Positions 17,108-28,100 of a DNA stretch of 40,897 nucleotides are shown here, one piece after another. How positions within the stretch are numbered: position 1 is the stretch's first letter; each line of letters starts with the position of its first letter. The notes under the pieces were generated by a model that did no database searches, was not told the DNA's origin, and saw only the letters and a list, made by a program, of their open reading frames with translations. Source of the stretch: Aduncisulcus paluster (lineage: Eukaryota); contig BQXS01010082.1 of assembly GCA_024181965.1 (NCBI GenBank), forward strand, positions 1 to 40,897, in the 5' to 3' direction. The position numbers and the translations under genes were made by a program.

Positions 17108-18778
17108 TTACACAGATTCCTCGCCCTTCTTTTTCCCGAACCATCCCTTCTTGACAGGCTTCATTTCTTTCTCCTCAGGACATTTCTCGGGACAAGTCTT
17201 GGAGGGGAGAATCTCACCACAAGCATCGTTGTAAGCACATTCACCGAACATGACAGTGTCTACACCATCTTCTTCATCCTTCTCAGTGCACTTAACGGGG
17301 GTGATGAAGTTGATGAGCCAGAGAGCAACAAAGGTGAAAACAAAGGCGTAGAGGGAGAAACCAACAACAGCAGCAACCTGCTTTCCGAAGAATTCACCAC
17401 CACCAAAGAAGAGACCATCAGAACCACCGAGGTCTGCCCTTCCAAAGAGACCGAGCATGATAACACCGAAGATACCACCAACACCGTGGACACCAACAAC
17501 ATCAAGAGCATCATCGAGACCGAATTTCTCCTTAAGAGTGACGGCACCGTAGCAAAGAAGACCGGCAACAATACCAATAATGGGGGCAGCCCAAGTGTCA
17601 ACGTAACCAGCACCGGGGGTGATGGTAGCAAGACCAGCAACCATACCAGTAAGCAAACCAACAAGAGTAGGCTTACCAGTGTGGATCCAGGCAATAATGA
17701 GCCAGGTGACACCAGCGAAAGAGGCGGCAATGTCAGTGTTAACGAAAGCAAGGGCAGCAGACTCACCAGCGGTAAGGGCAGAACCAGCATTGAAACCGTA
17801 CCAACCGAACCAAAGGAGACCGGTTCCAATAGCAATGAGAGGAATGGAATGGGGTTGATCAACAACGTGACGTTTACCAACGTAGAAAACGGAAGCTAAG
17901 GCAGCCATACCAGCGGTAGCGTGAACAACAATACCTCCAGCAAAATCAAGGACACCCCATTCCTGAAGGAAACCACCTCCCCAGATAGAGTGGACGGCAG
18001 GGAAGTAAACACAAGTCAACCACAAAACAAGGAAAATGAGGTAAGGAGCAAATCTCACACGGTTAGTGAAGGCACCAGTAATAAGAGCAGGAGTAATGAC
18101 AGCAAAGCACATTTGGTAAACAAGGAAAACATATTCGGGCATTTCACTTGAANNNNNNNNNNNNNNNNNNNNTCCAATAGCAATGAGAGGAATGGAATGG
18201 GGTTGATCAACAACGTGACGTTTACCAACGTAGAAAACGGAAGCTAAGGCAGCCATACCAGCGGTAGCGTGAACAACAATACCTCCAGCAAAATCAAGGA
18301 CACCCCATTCCTGAAGGAAACCACCTCCCCAGATAGAGTGGACGGCAGGGAAGTAAACACAAGTCAACCACAAAACAAGGAAAATGAGGTAAGGAGCAAA
18401 TCTCACACGGTTAGTGAAGGCACCAGTAATAAGAGCAGGAGTAATGACAGCAAAGCACATTTGGTAAACAAGGAAAACATATTCGGGCATTTCACTTGAA
18501 GTGTATAGAGAGTCCATATCAATGTTCAAAAAGAGAGCTTTCTTGAAGTTTCCAAAAATACTTCCAGCACCTTCAGAGAAACAGAGAGAGTATCCATACA
18601 GGAACCAAACGACAGTGGTAACTGCAAGAGAAACGAAAGATTGCATCATAATGGTAACAACACTCTTACGACCAACAAGACCACCATAGAAGAAGGCAAG
18701 ACCAGGAGTCATGATCATAACAAGAGCTGTGGAAATCAGCATAAAGCCGGTATTCCCAGAGTCAACAGTAGCAGACAT
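17108..18778 (-). CDS. amt: Ammonium transporter (Amt/AmtB family); ~440 aa after removing an artefactual 116-codon duplication
   Basis: MTPGLAFFYGG, DFAGGIVVH, LLWFGWYGFNAGS, GLATITPG and DDALDVVGVHGVGG motifs. 17825-18152 is duplicated as 18173-18500 across an N gap. ATG at 18778. Confidence 0.95.
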   Translation of the reverse strand: MSATVDSGNTGFMLISTALVMIMTPGLAFFYGGLVGRKSVVTIMMQSFVSLAVTTVVWFLYGYSLCFSEGAGSIFGNFKKALFLNIDMDSLYTSSEMPEYVFLVYQMCFAVITPALITGAFTNRVRFAPYLIFLVLWLTCVYFPAVHSIWGGGFLQEWGVLDFAGGIVVHATAGMAALASVFYVGKRHVVDQPHSIPLIAIGXXXXXXXSSEMPEYVFLVYQMCFAVITPALITGAFTNRVRFAPYLIFLVLWLTCVYFPAVHSIWGGGFLQEWGVLDFAGGIVVHATAGMAALASVFYVGKRHVVDQPHSIPLIAIGTGLLWFGWYGFNAGSALTAGESAALAFVNTDIAASFAGVTWLIIAWIHTGKPTLVGLLTGMVAGLATITPGAGYVDTWAAPIIGIVAGLLCYGAVTLKEKFGLDDALDVVGVHGVGGIFGVIMLGLFGRADLGGSDGLFFGGGEFFGKQVAAVVGFSLYAFVFTFVALWLINFITPVKCTEKDEEDGVDTVMFGECAYNDACGEILPSKTCPEKCPEEKEMKPVKKGWFGKKKGEESV

Positions 18779-19556
18779 TTGTTTTAAGTATAGGGTGGGC
18801 AAAAATATATCAAAGTTAAATTTGGCACAGTGGCCAAAAATAGAATGAATACACCAGCCTCATAGTAGAATTTGTTTGAATTGTTCGAAAATTATTTAGT
18901 GTCCTTTATTGAATTATTCATTTCATAATTTTGTCTTAAATAGATTCCAATGTAAGAAAGTTGTTGACACATTTCCCGATCGGAATAAAAGGAGCTATTA
19001 CATACTCGAATCACAAATAATTCAACATAATTATGCTAAGATCTTGTTAATATCAAGGGAACAAAAAATTTATTACGCACTGCGTTTATGGAACAAGAAC
19101 AGAAAATTTAGACTGTTCACTTTTTTTTTCTTAAAAGTTAAGAAAAAAATTGGAATTTTATTCCATGCCAAGAATATCTTTAATGCTTTTTAAAAGCAAT
19201 CTTCCCTCACCAGCCCATTTTCCAGCAGTGAGTGGGATGAAATTGGAAAAGGAACATCTCTGTCTGACCTGTCCTTGATATNNNNNNNNNNNNNNNNNNN
19301 NCCTTTATTGAATTATTCATTTCATAATTTTGTCTTAAATAGATTCCAATGTAAGAAAGTTGTTGACACATTTCCCGATCGGAATAAAAGGAGCTATTAC
19401 ATACTCGAATCACAAATAATTCAACATAATTATGCTAAGATCTTGTTAATATCAAGGGAACAAAAAATTTATTACGCACTGCGTTTATGGAACAAGAACA
19501 GAAAATTTAGACTGTTCACTTTTTTTTTCTTAAAAGTTAAGAAAAAAATTGGAATT

Positions 19557-20963
19557 TTATTCCATGCCAAGAATATCTTTAATGCTTTTTAAAAGCAATC
19601 TTCCCTCACCAGCCCATTTTCCAGCAGTGAGTGGGATGAAATTGGAAAAGGAACATCTCTGTCTGACCTGTCCTTGATATTCATTACCCTTGCATGTAAC
19701 CTTGAATATACCTTCTCTGTGCACAGCCTCGTTGAGCATTTCCCGAGTTTCAGCTGATACATCACCACCCTCTCGATCGGGATTTCTTTGGTCAGCATCA
19801 AATATTTCAGCAGCCGTATGTCCAATGATTTTACGAGCAGTTTCATCGAATGCCATAGCACTTAATGTTCCACTCTCATCCATAATAGTCACACGGGGCA
19901 TGAAACGAGGGACAGCAGCCACGGTTTGCTGACAATTTGGACAGAAGGATTGTTGTCCCTGAACTTCGATCTTTTTCTTACATTTGCTACAAGAAAGGTA
20001 GTATAACTTCTTACTTGACGCATCACAAACGATACCATGAACAAAGAAAGTCATGGGGAACTCAAGTCCGCATTTACGATGAATAATTTCACGACAAGGA
20101 ACGCGATGTCTAAGCTCTTTGGATGCAGCTGGACTATCACCAGAAGACATAATTGAGGCACCCTCCGGAGTGAAGTCAGGAGTAAGATTGGTCCGCGCCC
20201 AACCCGCCAGTTTAATAGCCTCGTCAGACCATTCAGGATTAACTATTAATTGAGATGAGCTTAAAAGAGTGAGAGCAGGCTGCTCACGATACACACGAAC
20301 ACCTACATTTTTCAAAATACAAACATCTCCTTGTTTAAATGGGGGGACTGTCGCCTTGTCCCTCCAAAGAGACAGTTTAATAGCATGTTTGGTTTGATCA
20401 ACAAATAAAACTTCTCTTGTATCAACAAGTCCATTTTTAGTATCAATTTCTCTTTTCTCTCCGATAGAGTGGACAACAGCAATTGTATCAAGAGTATCAA
20501 ATCGATCCATGGTCGCTGCTTTTTGTGAAATAATATCAATTGTTTCAGGAGTGATAGATACTTTTTGAAAGAGTGATTGAATATCTTGACGGATACATTC
20601 TTGAACTTGGGTATCTCGAGTGGCTTTAAGTTCAAATTCCATATCTTTCAACTTATATTGTTGCCTAGAACGGGAAACAGAGCAATTAGAAAGGAAGAAT
20701 ACTTTCTCTTCCTCCAATATAGGATACAATTTTTTAGCATCCTCATTAAATGCTGTTAATCTCATCTCAGTTTGGGTAGCATCAAGTAAAACAGCTGAAA
20801 ACAAACACCCTTCATGTCCATCACTTCTTGAAAACGTCTTCATTGCAGACTTATTGATGATCCTGCAACAAACTGTAAAACGATCCGCCATATAGACATA
20901 CAAATCACATAATGGTTTATAACCTGGCCATCCAGGTGGAATAACTCCATTGAGATTCACCAT
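19557..20963 (-). CDS. RPA1: Replication protein A large subunit (OB-A/B/C with C4 zinc finger)
   Basis: GCLFSAVLLD..EMRLTAFN, REVLFVDQT..IKLSLW, YYLSCSKCKKK..FCPNC, DESG...AMAFDE. Confidence 0.9.
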   Translation of the reverse strand: MVNLNGVIPPGWPGYKPLCDLYVYMADRFTVCCRIINKSAMKTFSRSDGHEGCLFSAVLLDATQTEMRLTAFNEDAKKLYPILEEEKVFFLSNCSVSRSRQQYKLKDMEFELKATRDTQVQECIRQDIQSLFQKVSITPETIDIISQKAATMDRFDTLDTIAVVHSIGEKREIDTKNGLVDTREVLFVDQTKHAIKLSLWRDKATVPPFKQGDVCILKNVGVRVYREQPALTLLSSSQLIVNPEWSDEAIKLAGWARTNLTPDFTPEGASIMSSGDSPAASKELRHRVPCREIIHRKCGLEFPMTFFVHGIVCDASSKKLYYLSCSKCKKKIEVQGQQSFCPNCQQTVAAVPRFMPRVTIMDESGTLSAMAFDETARKIIGHTAAEIFDADQRNPDREGGDVSAETREMLNEAVHREGIFKVTCKGNEYQGQVRQRCSFSNFIPLTAGKWAGEGRLLLKSIKDILGME

Positions 20964-21251
20964 TTGTCACCAAAATCCCCCTCGACCCAAATTGATCTCC
21001 TTATTCCGAAGGAAAGAATAAATTAACTTCTAAAATCAAAATTAGCAGGAAAAATCTTTGTCAACGAAAACAAACAGTATATTTTTGTGTATTACCAAGA
21101 ACAACAATAAATAACTGTAGTCCCAGCGATTTTGGGCCCATCACAGAACATATATTGATACTATGGCTAATTTCACATATTTATAACTTTTATTATATGA
21201 AACATAAGTAAAATTATGTTGTTATTTGTTTGAATCATCTGATGATTATCA

Positions 21252-22139
21252 TCAACTATCAAGAGACAAATAATATCTCATGAACTTGTGGACAGGTTCT
21301 GATACTGAAGGAATCGCAATATCTTCGATATATTTTACCCCAACATCTGCAGAGGAGTTCCAACCAGCAACGTAAACAGTATCATCAGTCGAAGCAGCCT
21401 CAACTTCAGAAAAAGTAATTTCACCCTCTGTTTGAGTATCAGTGAGTGAATTGAAATCATTAACAATGGCAATAACTTCGGCTCCATCAAGGGCGAGGGC
21501 AGAAATTTGCTCGTTGAACAAAGTGTGTTGCTCTGTTAACTCAGAAGCAGATTCATTGAAGAATGGGGCTAATACAATAAACTTTTGGGAATCACTTGAG
21601 GTAGTCTTAATTGTAGCAACAATTCCACCAGTGTTTTCAATTTCAGAAAAGGTCATCCTATCGGTCTCAGCAACCTTGAATCTTGAGAATATGGCGACTC
21701 CAGTTCCACCAAGCCCGGATTCTTCTGAAAGCTGGAAAGTAGGAACAAATAAATCATCATCATTGACTTTTCTTAAAGCTTTAGCGATGGTCTCTAACTT
21801 ATCTTTTTCATCTGAAAGGTCATTACGATAAGGAAACCCATATAGAACAACAAATTGGGATTCGGTAATGGATTTACAACCGTTTTCAATGGTAGGGATG
21901 TCCAAACCTGACACATTCCAAAACGAGAAGGTTATATTATCAGATAAATCGGAATCTGAGGGAATGGCAGTAATTGTAAATGGTAACCAACAAGCAGCAC
22001 ACAAAGCAAGGGTGACAGGAACCCAAATCAAAAGGACCTTCCAACTGGAACAAAAACCAACATTTGGCTTTTCTTCTTCATCTTCCTCCAGAGTTATATC
22101 TCTCGGAGCAACCCTCTTTGCTTCCATTTCCTTGGACAT
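21252..22139 (-). CDS. Type II membrane protein with a degenerate endonuclease/exonuclease/phosphatase (EEP)-fold domain
   Basis: Single TM segment near the N-terminus, then ITFSFWNV, GVAIFSRF and VIAIVNDFNS, which match EEP strand motifs. Confidence 0.6.
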   Translation of the reverse strand: MSKEMEAKRVAPRDITLEEDEEEKPNVGFCSSWKVLLIWVPVTLALCAACWLPFTITAIPSDSDLSDNITFSFWNVSGLDIPTIENGCKSITESQFVVLYGFPYRNDLSDEKDKLETIAKALRKVNDDDLFVPTFQLSEESGLGGTGVAIFSRFKVAETDRMTFSEIENTGGIVATIKTTSSDSQKFIVLAPFFNESASELTEQHTLFNEQISALALDGAEVIAIVNDFNSLTDTQTEGEITFSEVEAASTDDTVYVAGWNSSADVGVKYIEDIAIPSVSEPVHKFMRYYLSLDS

Positions 22140-22356
22140 TGTATTTTTCGTTCCCCGTGAACAAATTGTGACTTGGCATTGATAGCCTCAATCTGAGATT
22201 CAAAAATATTAATACCGTTCAAAAACAATAAAAACGTAATAAAACCTATAAAAAAAATTATAAATTATTTATTGAACCGCTATTTCTTGATTGGGCGAGA
22301 CGCCAGAAAAATTGTCTTAGAAAAACAAAAATATTTCTTCTAGAAAAAGATTTCCC

Positions 22357-22968
22357 TTAGAAATCACCAGTTTTCTTACATATATATACATAATGAACTC
22401 CAGCAGTCGCAGATGAGATCTCAGCAGAAACGAGAGTAGGTTTTGGGATTTCTTTAGTTTCTACTTCCCAAGGAAGTTGAGGGCCTTTGAGATAAGAATC
22501 ACGCATAGCGGGTTCAGCGTGGCTGATACAAATGTAAACTCCATCAGGAGTTAAAGCTCGGGCAATATTTGACAAATAACGAGCGGCACGATCTCTGCAT
22601 CCCTCACCACAAAGAACACAATCAAAAGTAGCCTTATCAATAACAACATCAAATTGACCATCATATTTCATTGAACAGGCATCCATACATTCAAATTTCA
22701 TTTCAGGAGCATCAGAGATGGTTGCTTTTAAATGATCAATAATTTTTGAACTGAAGTCTAAATTTGTGATAAATTTAACACCATCAGCGTACAACTCAGA
22801 GCTTAGTTCACTTGACCCACAACCAACGACAAGAACGTTCGATTTATCAGTGACGTAGGATGAAATAATTCCGCGAATCTCACCATATTTTTGAAACCAT
22901 TCAAAAGGATCTTTGTCAAAAGAATATCTTGAATCCCAATACTGAGAAAGGTGGTAATGAGCTTCCAT
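22357..22968 (-). CDS. SAM-dependent methyltransferase, EEF1AKMT4/METTL13 N-terminal-like
   Basis: YWDSRY...FEWF, VLVVGCGSSELS, NLDFS, FDVVIDKATFD, GVYICIS. Likely ATG at 22968 (MEAHY). Confidence 0.88.
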   Translation of the reverse strand: MEAHYHLSQYWDSRYSFDKDPFEWFQKYGEIRGIISSYVTDKSNVLVVGCGSSELSSELYADGVKFITNLDFSSKIIDHLKATISDAPEMKFECMDACSMKYDGQFDVVIDKATFDCVLCGEGCRDRAARYLSNIARALTPDGVYICISHAEPAMRDSYLKGPQLPWEVETKEIPKPTLVSAEISSATAGVHYVYICKKTGDF

Positions 22969-23347
22969 TTTGTTTTCAAATCGGGAGATTTCAATGAAAA
23001 CCATTTTTTTCATCCCCACATGAGATCCTCTCATTCTTATTAGAGACAATTAGTGTTAATCTATATTACATAATAAAAAACGCCATAATATATTTTCTGT
23101 TGTTGATATTTCCCAAATTAGAAAGACCAGACAATTTTGGGGCATTTTGAAAGATAATAGGAAAATAACAATCAAATTTATTATTTTCTGTACAGGATAT
23201 TTTTTTATATTGCTTCAATCACCCACAAAAAAACGAGAGAAAAAGGGAGGACAAATAGGCAATGGCAGAACCCCAAATTTCTTATTTATTATATTTTAGG
23301 CAATAAATTTAATCGAAATGATATAATCCAAATGTCAATTTGACGAT

Positions 23348-24438
23348 TCATAATCCATTTTTCCTTGCTATAGCCTCTCTTCTATCCAAATCAGCAGCCC
23401 TTCTCATTAATTCTTCTTTCATCCGACTCAACTCTCTTTTTTCACTCTCTATGAGCTCTCTTTCTCTTTTTAAAGCTGCCTCTTCCTTCTTAAAGAGATC
23501 CTCCTGACTTTTGACCTCGACTCCACGATCATACATTTTGTATTCCTTGTAATAGGGCTGCACAGTGGGATCACGGAGTAATTCTCCAATGGTTGGTCTT
23601 CTTTGGGGCGATTTACAAAGCATTTTATCAATGATAGTGATCAATGGGTGAGAGTACACTTTCGGAGGAATGGGAGCATACTTACCAAGCCTGATCTTTG
23701 CATGGAGAGAATCGGTAGTCTTAGCAGTAAAAGGAGGAGAAAGGGCAGCAAGCTCATACAAAACACATCCAAGAGCCCACACATCACATTTCTCATCATA
23801 TGAAGATCTCCCGATTTGTTCAGGAGCCATATACAAGGGAGTTCCAACGGTAGTCTTAGCAAGAGATTCCTGACCAAGGGTACGTGCAAGACCAAAGTCA
23901 GCAATCTTGATCTTTCCATCCTCATCCAACATTATGTTTCCTGGTTTGAGATCTCTGTGAAGAACTTTCTTGGGTTTATGATGATGGCACTCATACAAAG
24001 CCATCAAAACTTGAATAAATACATTCCAAATGCGGTCTTCTTTTACATATTGACGTTTGGCACGGTGGTTCTTGATGTATAGAGCCAAATCTCCACCACC
24101 ACAGAATTCCATAATAATATACAATTTTGTCTTCTCTTTTTCAATATGTCTATCAACATATTGAACAATATGAGGATGGTCAAGCTCACGTAAAATGTTC
24201 ACTTCTGAGACTAAGAGTTCTTTCTCTTTATCATTCATTCTACCATAATTGATAGATTTACAAGCATATATTCTCTAAAATTATCAAATTATTAAAAAAT
24301 AAATCTGAAAATAACAAAAGAAAGAAATGGGATGAACTAACATACTTTAGTGCGGGTACACTCAACTTTATACACAGTTCCATATGTACCTCTTCCTAAC
24401 GTTTCTAATTCTTCATATTTTCCTGCTATCAAACTCAT
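23348..24438 (-). CDS. NIMA-related kinase, NEK2-like; spliced join(24346-24438, 23348-24274)
   Basis: Exon 1 MSLIAGKYEELETLGRGTYGTVYKV supplies the Gly-loop missing from the track ORF. Exon 2 has RIYACK, LVSEVNILREL, HRDLKPGN, DFG, VGTPLYMAPE and a C-terminal coiled coil. Confidence 0.92.
24275..24345 (-). other. Spliceosomal intron (71 nt)
   Basis: GTATGT donor, ...TTTTAG acceptor; removal restores kinase subdomains I-II in frame. Confidence 0.92.
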
Positions 24439-24713
24439 TTTGGCAATCAAAAAATGGTGGAAAATTTTGCGCGAGTGTAATCCTCGATAATCATAACATT
24501 TTTAGTATTAATATTTAGAATATAGATATATTGTTTAATTTTATGCAAAACCTGTGCAAATAATGCCTAGAATATAGATTCAAAGAGCAATCGAATTTCG
24601 ATAGCAATTATGACACAATAGAAAAAACCAAGGGTAAAAAAAAGCAATATTCACAAAAATACTTTATTTTCCTTCGAAATAGTTTCCGAAATTTTCCTTT
24701 TTTTTCCCGATAA

Positions 24714-27182
24714 TCACATAAGACCAAAACCGATATTATTTTCAATAGCTTTCAATAATTTAGCGCGAAGAATTGTTTCATTATCATATTCAGGCAAGAT
24801 CAAAGCATTGAAACAAGTATGGGCAGAAGGAAGCATTTGCTGAGAACCTCCACCACGAACAATAACAAATTTCAACTCCTTTAATCCACCAATTGGGACT
24901 CTATTTGTCCCAGTTGCAAAAGTGAGGAAATTTTGTTTCTGTTCGTTATCGAATCTTTTCAAAACCTTCCAAAACATCTTTATACATCGATGCTTAGAAT
25001 GATATCCACCATCGTATCTACAAGATGCCTGCAGGTCGTCAAAGTTCAAATCAATTATACCACATGCGGCACTCTTAAGTTCTATTGCCGAGAATATTTC
25101 CAAAGATTCAATAGACCCAAGGACAACATTAAATCCTCGCTTGAAAGACTCGAACTGTTTCTCAACACTCGAATTTAGCTCGTATTGGACATATTTGGCG
25201 ACATAATCGAGCTTATTGTCCTGTTTCACCATTATCTTTCTTCCATCCTTCACTAACTCATCAACAAATGTCTCTCCAAGGAAACGGTGAGTTCTTGTAA
25301 AATCAAGACAGAACACATCTTCGATATCATCTTCCTCGTAGTCCAAAAGAGATTGCAACGAAGCTCCCACCGAAGGATTGAGCTGAATAAGATCCTTGAG
25401 AGTGACATTCTCACCCTTCAGCTTCTTCCACAGAGCATCGGGGAAGGCAACATCGAGCACAATACCGTTGAAAAGAGCTAAACCAACAAGAACTCCAACC
25501 AACTCGAAATTATTACACCGTCTGTCCAACTCTGACGAATCAAGCACTCTTTTGTTGAACCAAAACAGACCAGAGTCAGGGTCTCGAACAAACATGCCAA
25601 AATCAGGGTAAAACATCTTCTGGCAAATCAATTGGAAGAATTCCTTAGCAACACCACCTTCATCGACACCTTCTTCCTCAGCAAACTTCACCTTGAGTTG
25701 TGCAAGGAAAGGATTGTGAGGATGCCTCCTCCGAGAAGAAGAAGAGGATGACTCAGAGCGTTGTTCTCTCCAATATGCTCTAAGATGCCTCTCAAGCTCA
25801 GACACAGCACTCTGGAGCAATCTCTGACGATAGATATTGAGGACAAGCTGTGAATGCATGCTCAAATCAAAGAGAGACAAGGGGAATGGTTGTTGAGATT
25901 CCATCTCTTGGCGTCTAGCAGCTTCATGTCGAAGAATACGGCGTTTATGTTTAACATGGATCAGGAATGGGAACTCAGTGAATCGGAACCCACCTTCTTT
26001 AACAGAACGGCCACTACGACGCAGCCTGGGATCTTTTTGTTCGAGATCTTGTTGTAGAATAAAGGGAATTTCAATAATACGATCACCAGTCATGGTCATA
26101 ACACGTTGTTGGATAACAGCAGAGTTCAAATAATCGTTATAAAAGATAGAATCGTCAATGATCTGTTCAGTTGTCTTGTCCTGAAGTTCTGTCGCAACAA
26201 TATTACGAATATATTTTAAATGTGAACAAATATGCAAGAAAGGAAGGGAATGGATTGGATTTTCTGAAATAGTGGACATAAGCCCATCTCCATCCAATTG
26301 CATCAATTTAATGGTCATATACTGTTGACACATGTAAACAAGAGATTGAATAACAGTTTTCTGTGTAAGCTGATGGATATTTGTGGTTTGTTCGGGAGTA
26401 GGGGTCAAGCGGCCGAGCAAATCAACCCAAATCTTATATATGAAATTAAATTCACGAGTTTCTTTCAATTTATATTCCAAATCACATATAGGAAGGAGTA
26501 CAGACTCAATATACTCCAGATCATGGTGAGAAGAATTAGCAAGGAGGAATACAGCGGCATTTAAGAGAGACGGCGATATCTCTTTATATCCACAGATAGC
26601 CTGTGTTAAGGCCTTCTTAATGGATTCATAGAGGAGCTCAACTAATCCATTTCCAGCTAACTCATCAGAATTGATGAGGGAGAAAAAAGCATTGGCTAAC
26701 TTGAAACTTTCAAGATCATCGCTCGAATGTGCAGTGAAGAATGCACAAATACCTTGAAATGAAGAGAAATGCCTGGGAATTGCCTTTTTAAGAAGATCAA
26801 CTGATATGGCACCTTTGATAGAAGTAGCTCTGGCTAAAATTTCTTCTGTAAAAGAAACAGCACTTCCCTGTGATTCTAATGTACCTTTAATTAATTCATC
26901 ATCATCTTTGCTTGCAATAACCGTGAGAATTCTTGTAAATAATTTTGCACAAGAATCACAATAACGGAAAACAGTGGGTGAGCGTTTTGAACATAAACGA
27001 GACTCACCATGATCCCTAAAAAGCAACATAGCTTTTGTTGCGAGTGCAGTCATGGTGAATCCACGAAATTTAAAGGAAGGAGAGGAACAACAATACTCAT
27101 TGTCGCAATCTTTACGACCACAACCCCGAGTAAATTGATATATATAATTCTGTATTGCCTTATTCATACCATTAGGCTTCAT
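24714..27182 (-). CDS. HECT E3 ubiquitin ligase with N-terminal AZUL zinc domain (UBE3A/E6AP-like)
   Basis: N-terminal YQFTRGCGRKDCDNEYC (AZUL). HECT motifs EEGVDEGGVAKEFF, FATGTNRVP, LPSAHTCFN and terminal GFGLM. Confidence 0.92.
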   Translation of the reverse strand: MKPNGMNKAIQNYIYQFTRGCGRKDCDNEYCCSSPSFKFRGFTMTALATKAMLLFRDHGESRLCSKRSPTVFRYCDSCAKLFTRILTVIASKDDDELIKGTLESQGSAVSFTEEILARATSIKGAISVDLLKKAIPRHFSSFQGICAFFTAHSSDDLESFKLANAFFSLINSDELAGNGLVELLYESIKKALTQAICGYKEISPSLLNAAVFLLANSSHHDLEYIESVLLPICDLEYKLKETREFNFIYKIWVDLLGRLTPTPEQTTNIHQLTQKTVIQSLVYMCQQYMTIKLMQLDGDGLMSTISENPIHSLPFLHICSHLKYIRNIVATELQDKTTEQIIDDSIFYNDYLNSAVIQQRVMTMTGDRIIEIPFILQQDLEQKDPRLRRSGRSVKEGGFRFTEFPFLIHVKHKRRILRHEAARRQEMESQQPFPLSLFDLSMHSQLVLNIYRQRLLQSAVSELERHLRAYWREQRSESSSSSSRRRHPHNPFLAQLKVKFAEEEGVDEGGVAKEFFQLICQKMFYPDFGMFVRDPDSGLFWFNKRVLDSSELDRRCNNFELVGVLVGLALFNGIVLDVAFPDALWKKLKGENVTLKDLIQLNPSVGASLQSLLDYEEDDIEDVFCLDFTRTHRFLGETFVDELVKDGRKIMVKQDNKLDYVAKYVQYELNSSVEKQFESFKRGFNVVLGSIESLEIFSAIELKSAACGIIDLNFDDLQASCRYDGGYHSKHRCIKMFWKVLKRFDNEQKQNFLTFATGTNRVPIGGLKELKFVIVRGGGSQQMLPSAHTCFNALILPEYDNETILRAKLLKAIENNIGFGLM

Positions 27183-27368
27183 TTATAGGTATGTTGTGTG
27201 TTGTTGTTCAAAAGAATGGAGAGAAGTGACGAAAATGAAAGTGTTGAATAAGGAGATAGTGTTTTATATCAATAGAAAATAATAACACATAAAGAATATC
27301 AATAATATAACAAACTCAATTTTTTTTGGTTAGATCATCCTGAATTCGTGTTTTTCAAAATGTGTGGG

Positions 27369-27476
27369 TTTATTTATAGGACGTAACAGGTTCTCGCTAA
27401 ATTTTTAAACACTAGGATTTTACGATAAATTGTTTCAGTAAAATTGGGTTTAATTTGCGAGATTTTTGTGTGTTTT
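27369..27476 (+). repeat. Dispersed ~110-bp hairpin-forming repeat, copy 2 (re-assembled again at 27764-27871)
   Basis: Near-identical to 3978-4100. The 27764 copy lies within the 27232-27606 / 27627-28001 gap-flanking duplication. Confidence 0.85.
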
Positions 27477-28100
27477 TTGCTTGTGAGAGATCTGATTTGT
27501 TAATTAACTATTCAAAATTAAAACTATTCATTATTACGCAAATAACGACAAATGATCCTCATAGTTTCTGATATTATGACAGGATGGAATGTATTGAACA
27601 ACCACCNNNNNNNNNNNNNNNNNNNNAAAATGAAAGTGTTGAATAAGGAGATAGTGTTTTATATCAATAGAAAATAATAACACATAAAGAATATCAATAA
27701 TATAACAAACTCAATTTTTTTTGGTTAGATCATCCTGAATTCGTGTTTTTCAAAATGTGTGGGTTTATTTATAGGACGTAACAGGTTCTCGCTAAATTTT
27801 TAAACACTAGGATTTTACGATAAATTGTTTCAGTAAAATTGGGTTTAATTTGCGAGATTTTTGGGTGTTTTTTGCTTGTGAGAGATCTGATTTGTTAATT
27901 AACTATTCAAAATTAAAACTATTCATTATTACGCAAATAACGACAAATGATCCTCATAGTTTCTGATATTATGACAGGATGGAATGTATTGAACAACCAC
28001 CGTTGAAAGACCGTCTAAAAACGAAGTTTCAGATTTTGAATCAAATTGAATTATTTTTACTAATCAAAGTATGAAGTTCTTTTATAATATTTCAAATGCT

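Noticed and set aside
17099-17899. 266-aa antisense and 206-aa alternative-frame ORFs over Amt
   Set aside because: By-products of strong codon bias in the real gene; no recognisable motifs.
17825-18500. Apparent internal tandem duplication in Amt
   Set aside because: Identical 328-nt copies directly flank a 20-N gap; unmerged contig overlap.
18903-19680. Duplicated RPA1 3' end and the twin 94/105-aa + strand ORFs
   Set aside because: Identical 379-nt copies flank an N gap; the ORFs are AT-rich intergenic noise.
27232-28001. 375-bp direct repeat resembling LTRs
   Set aside because: The copies flank a 20-N gap and are near-identical (one substitution seen); scaffolding artefact.
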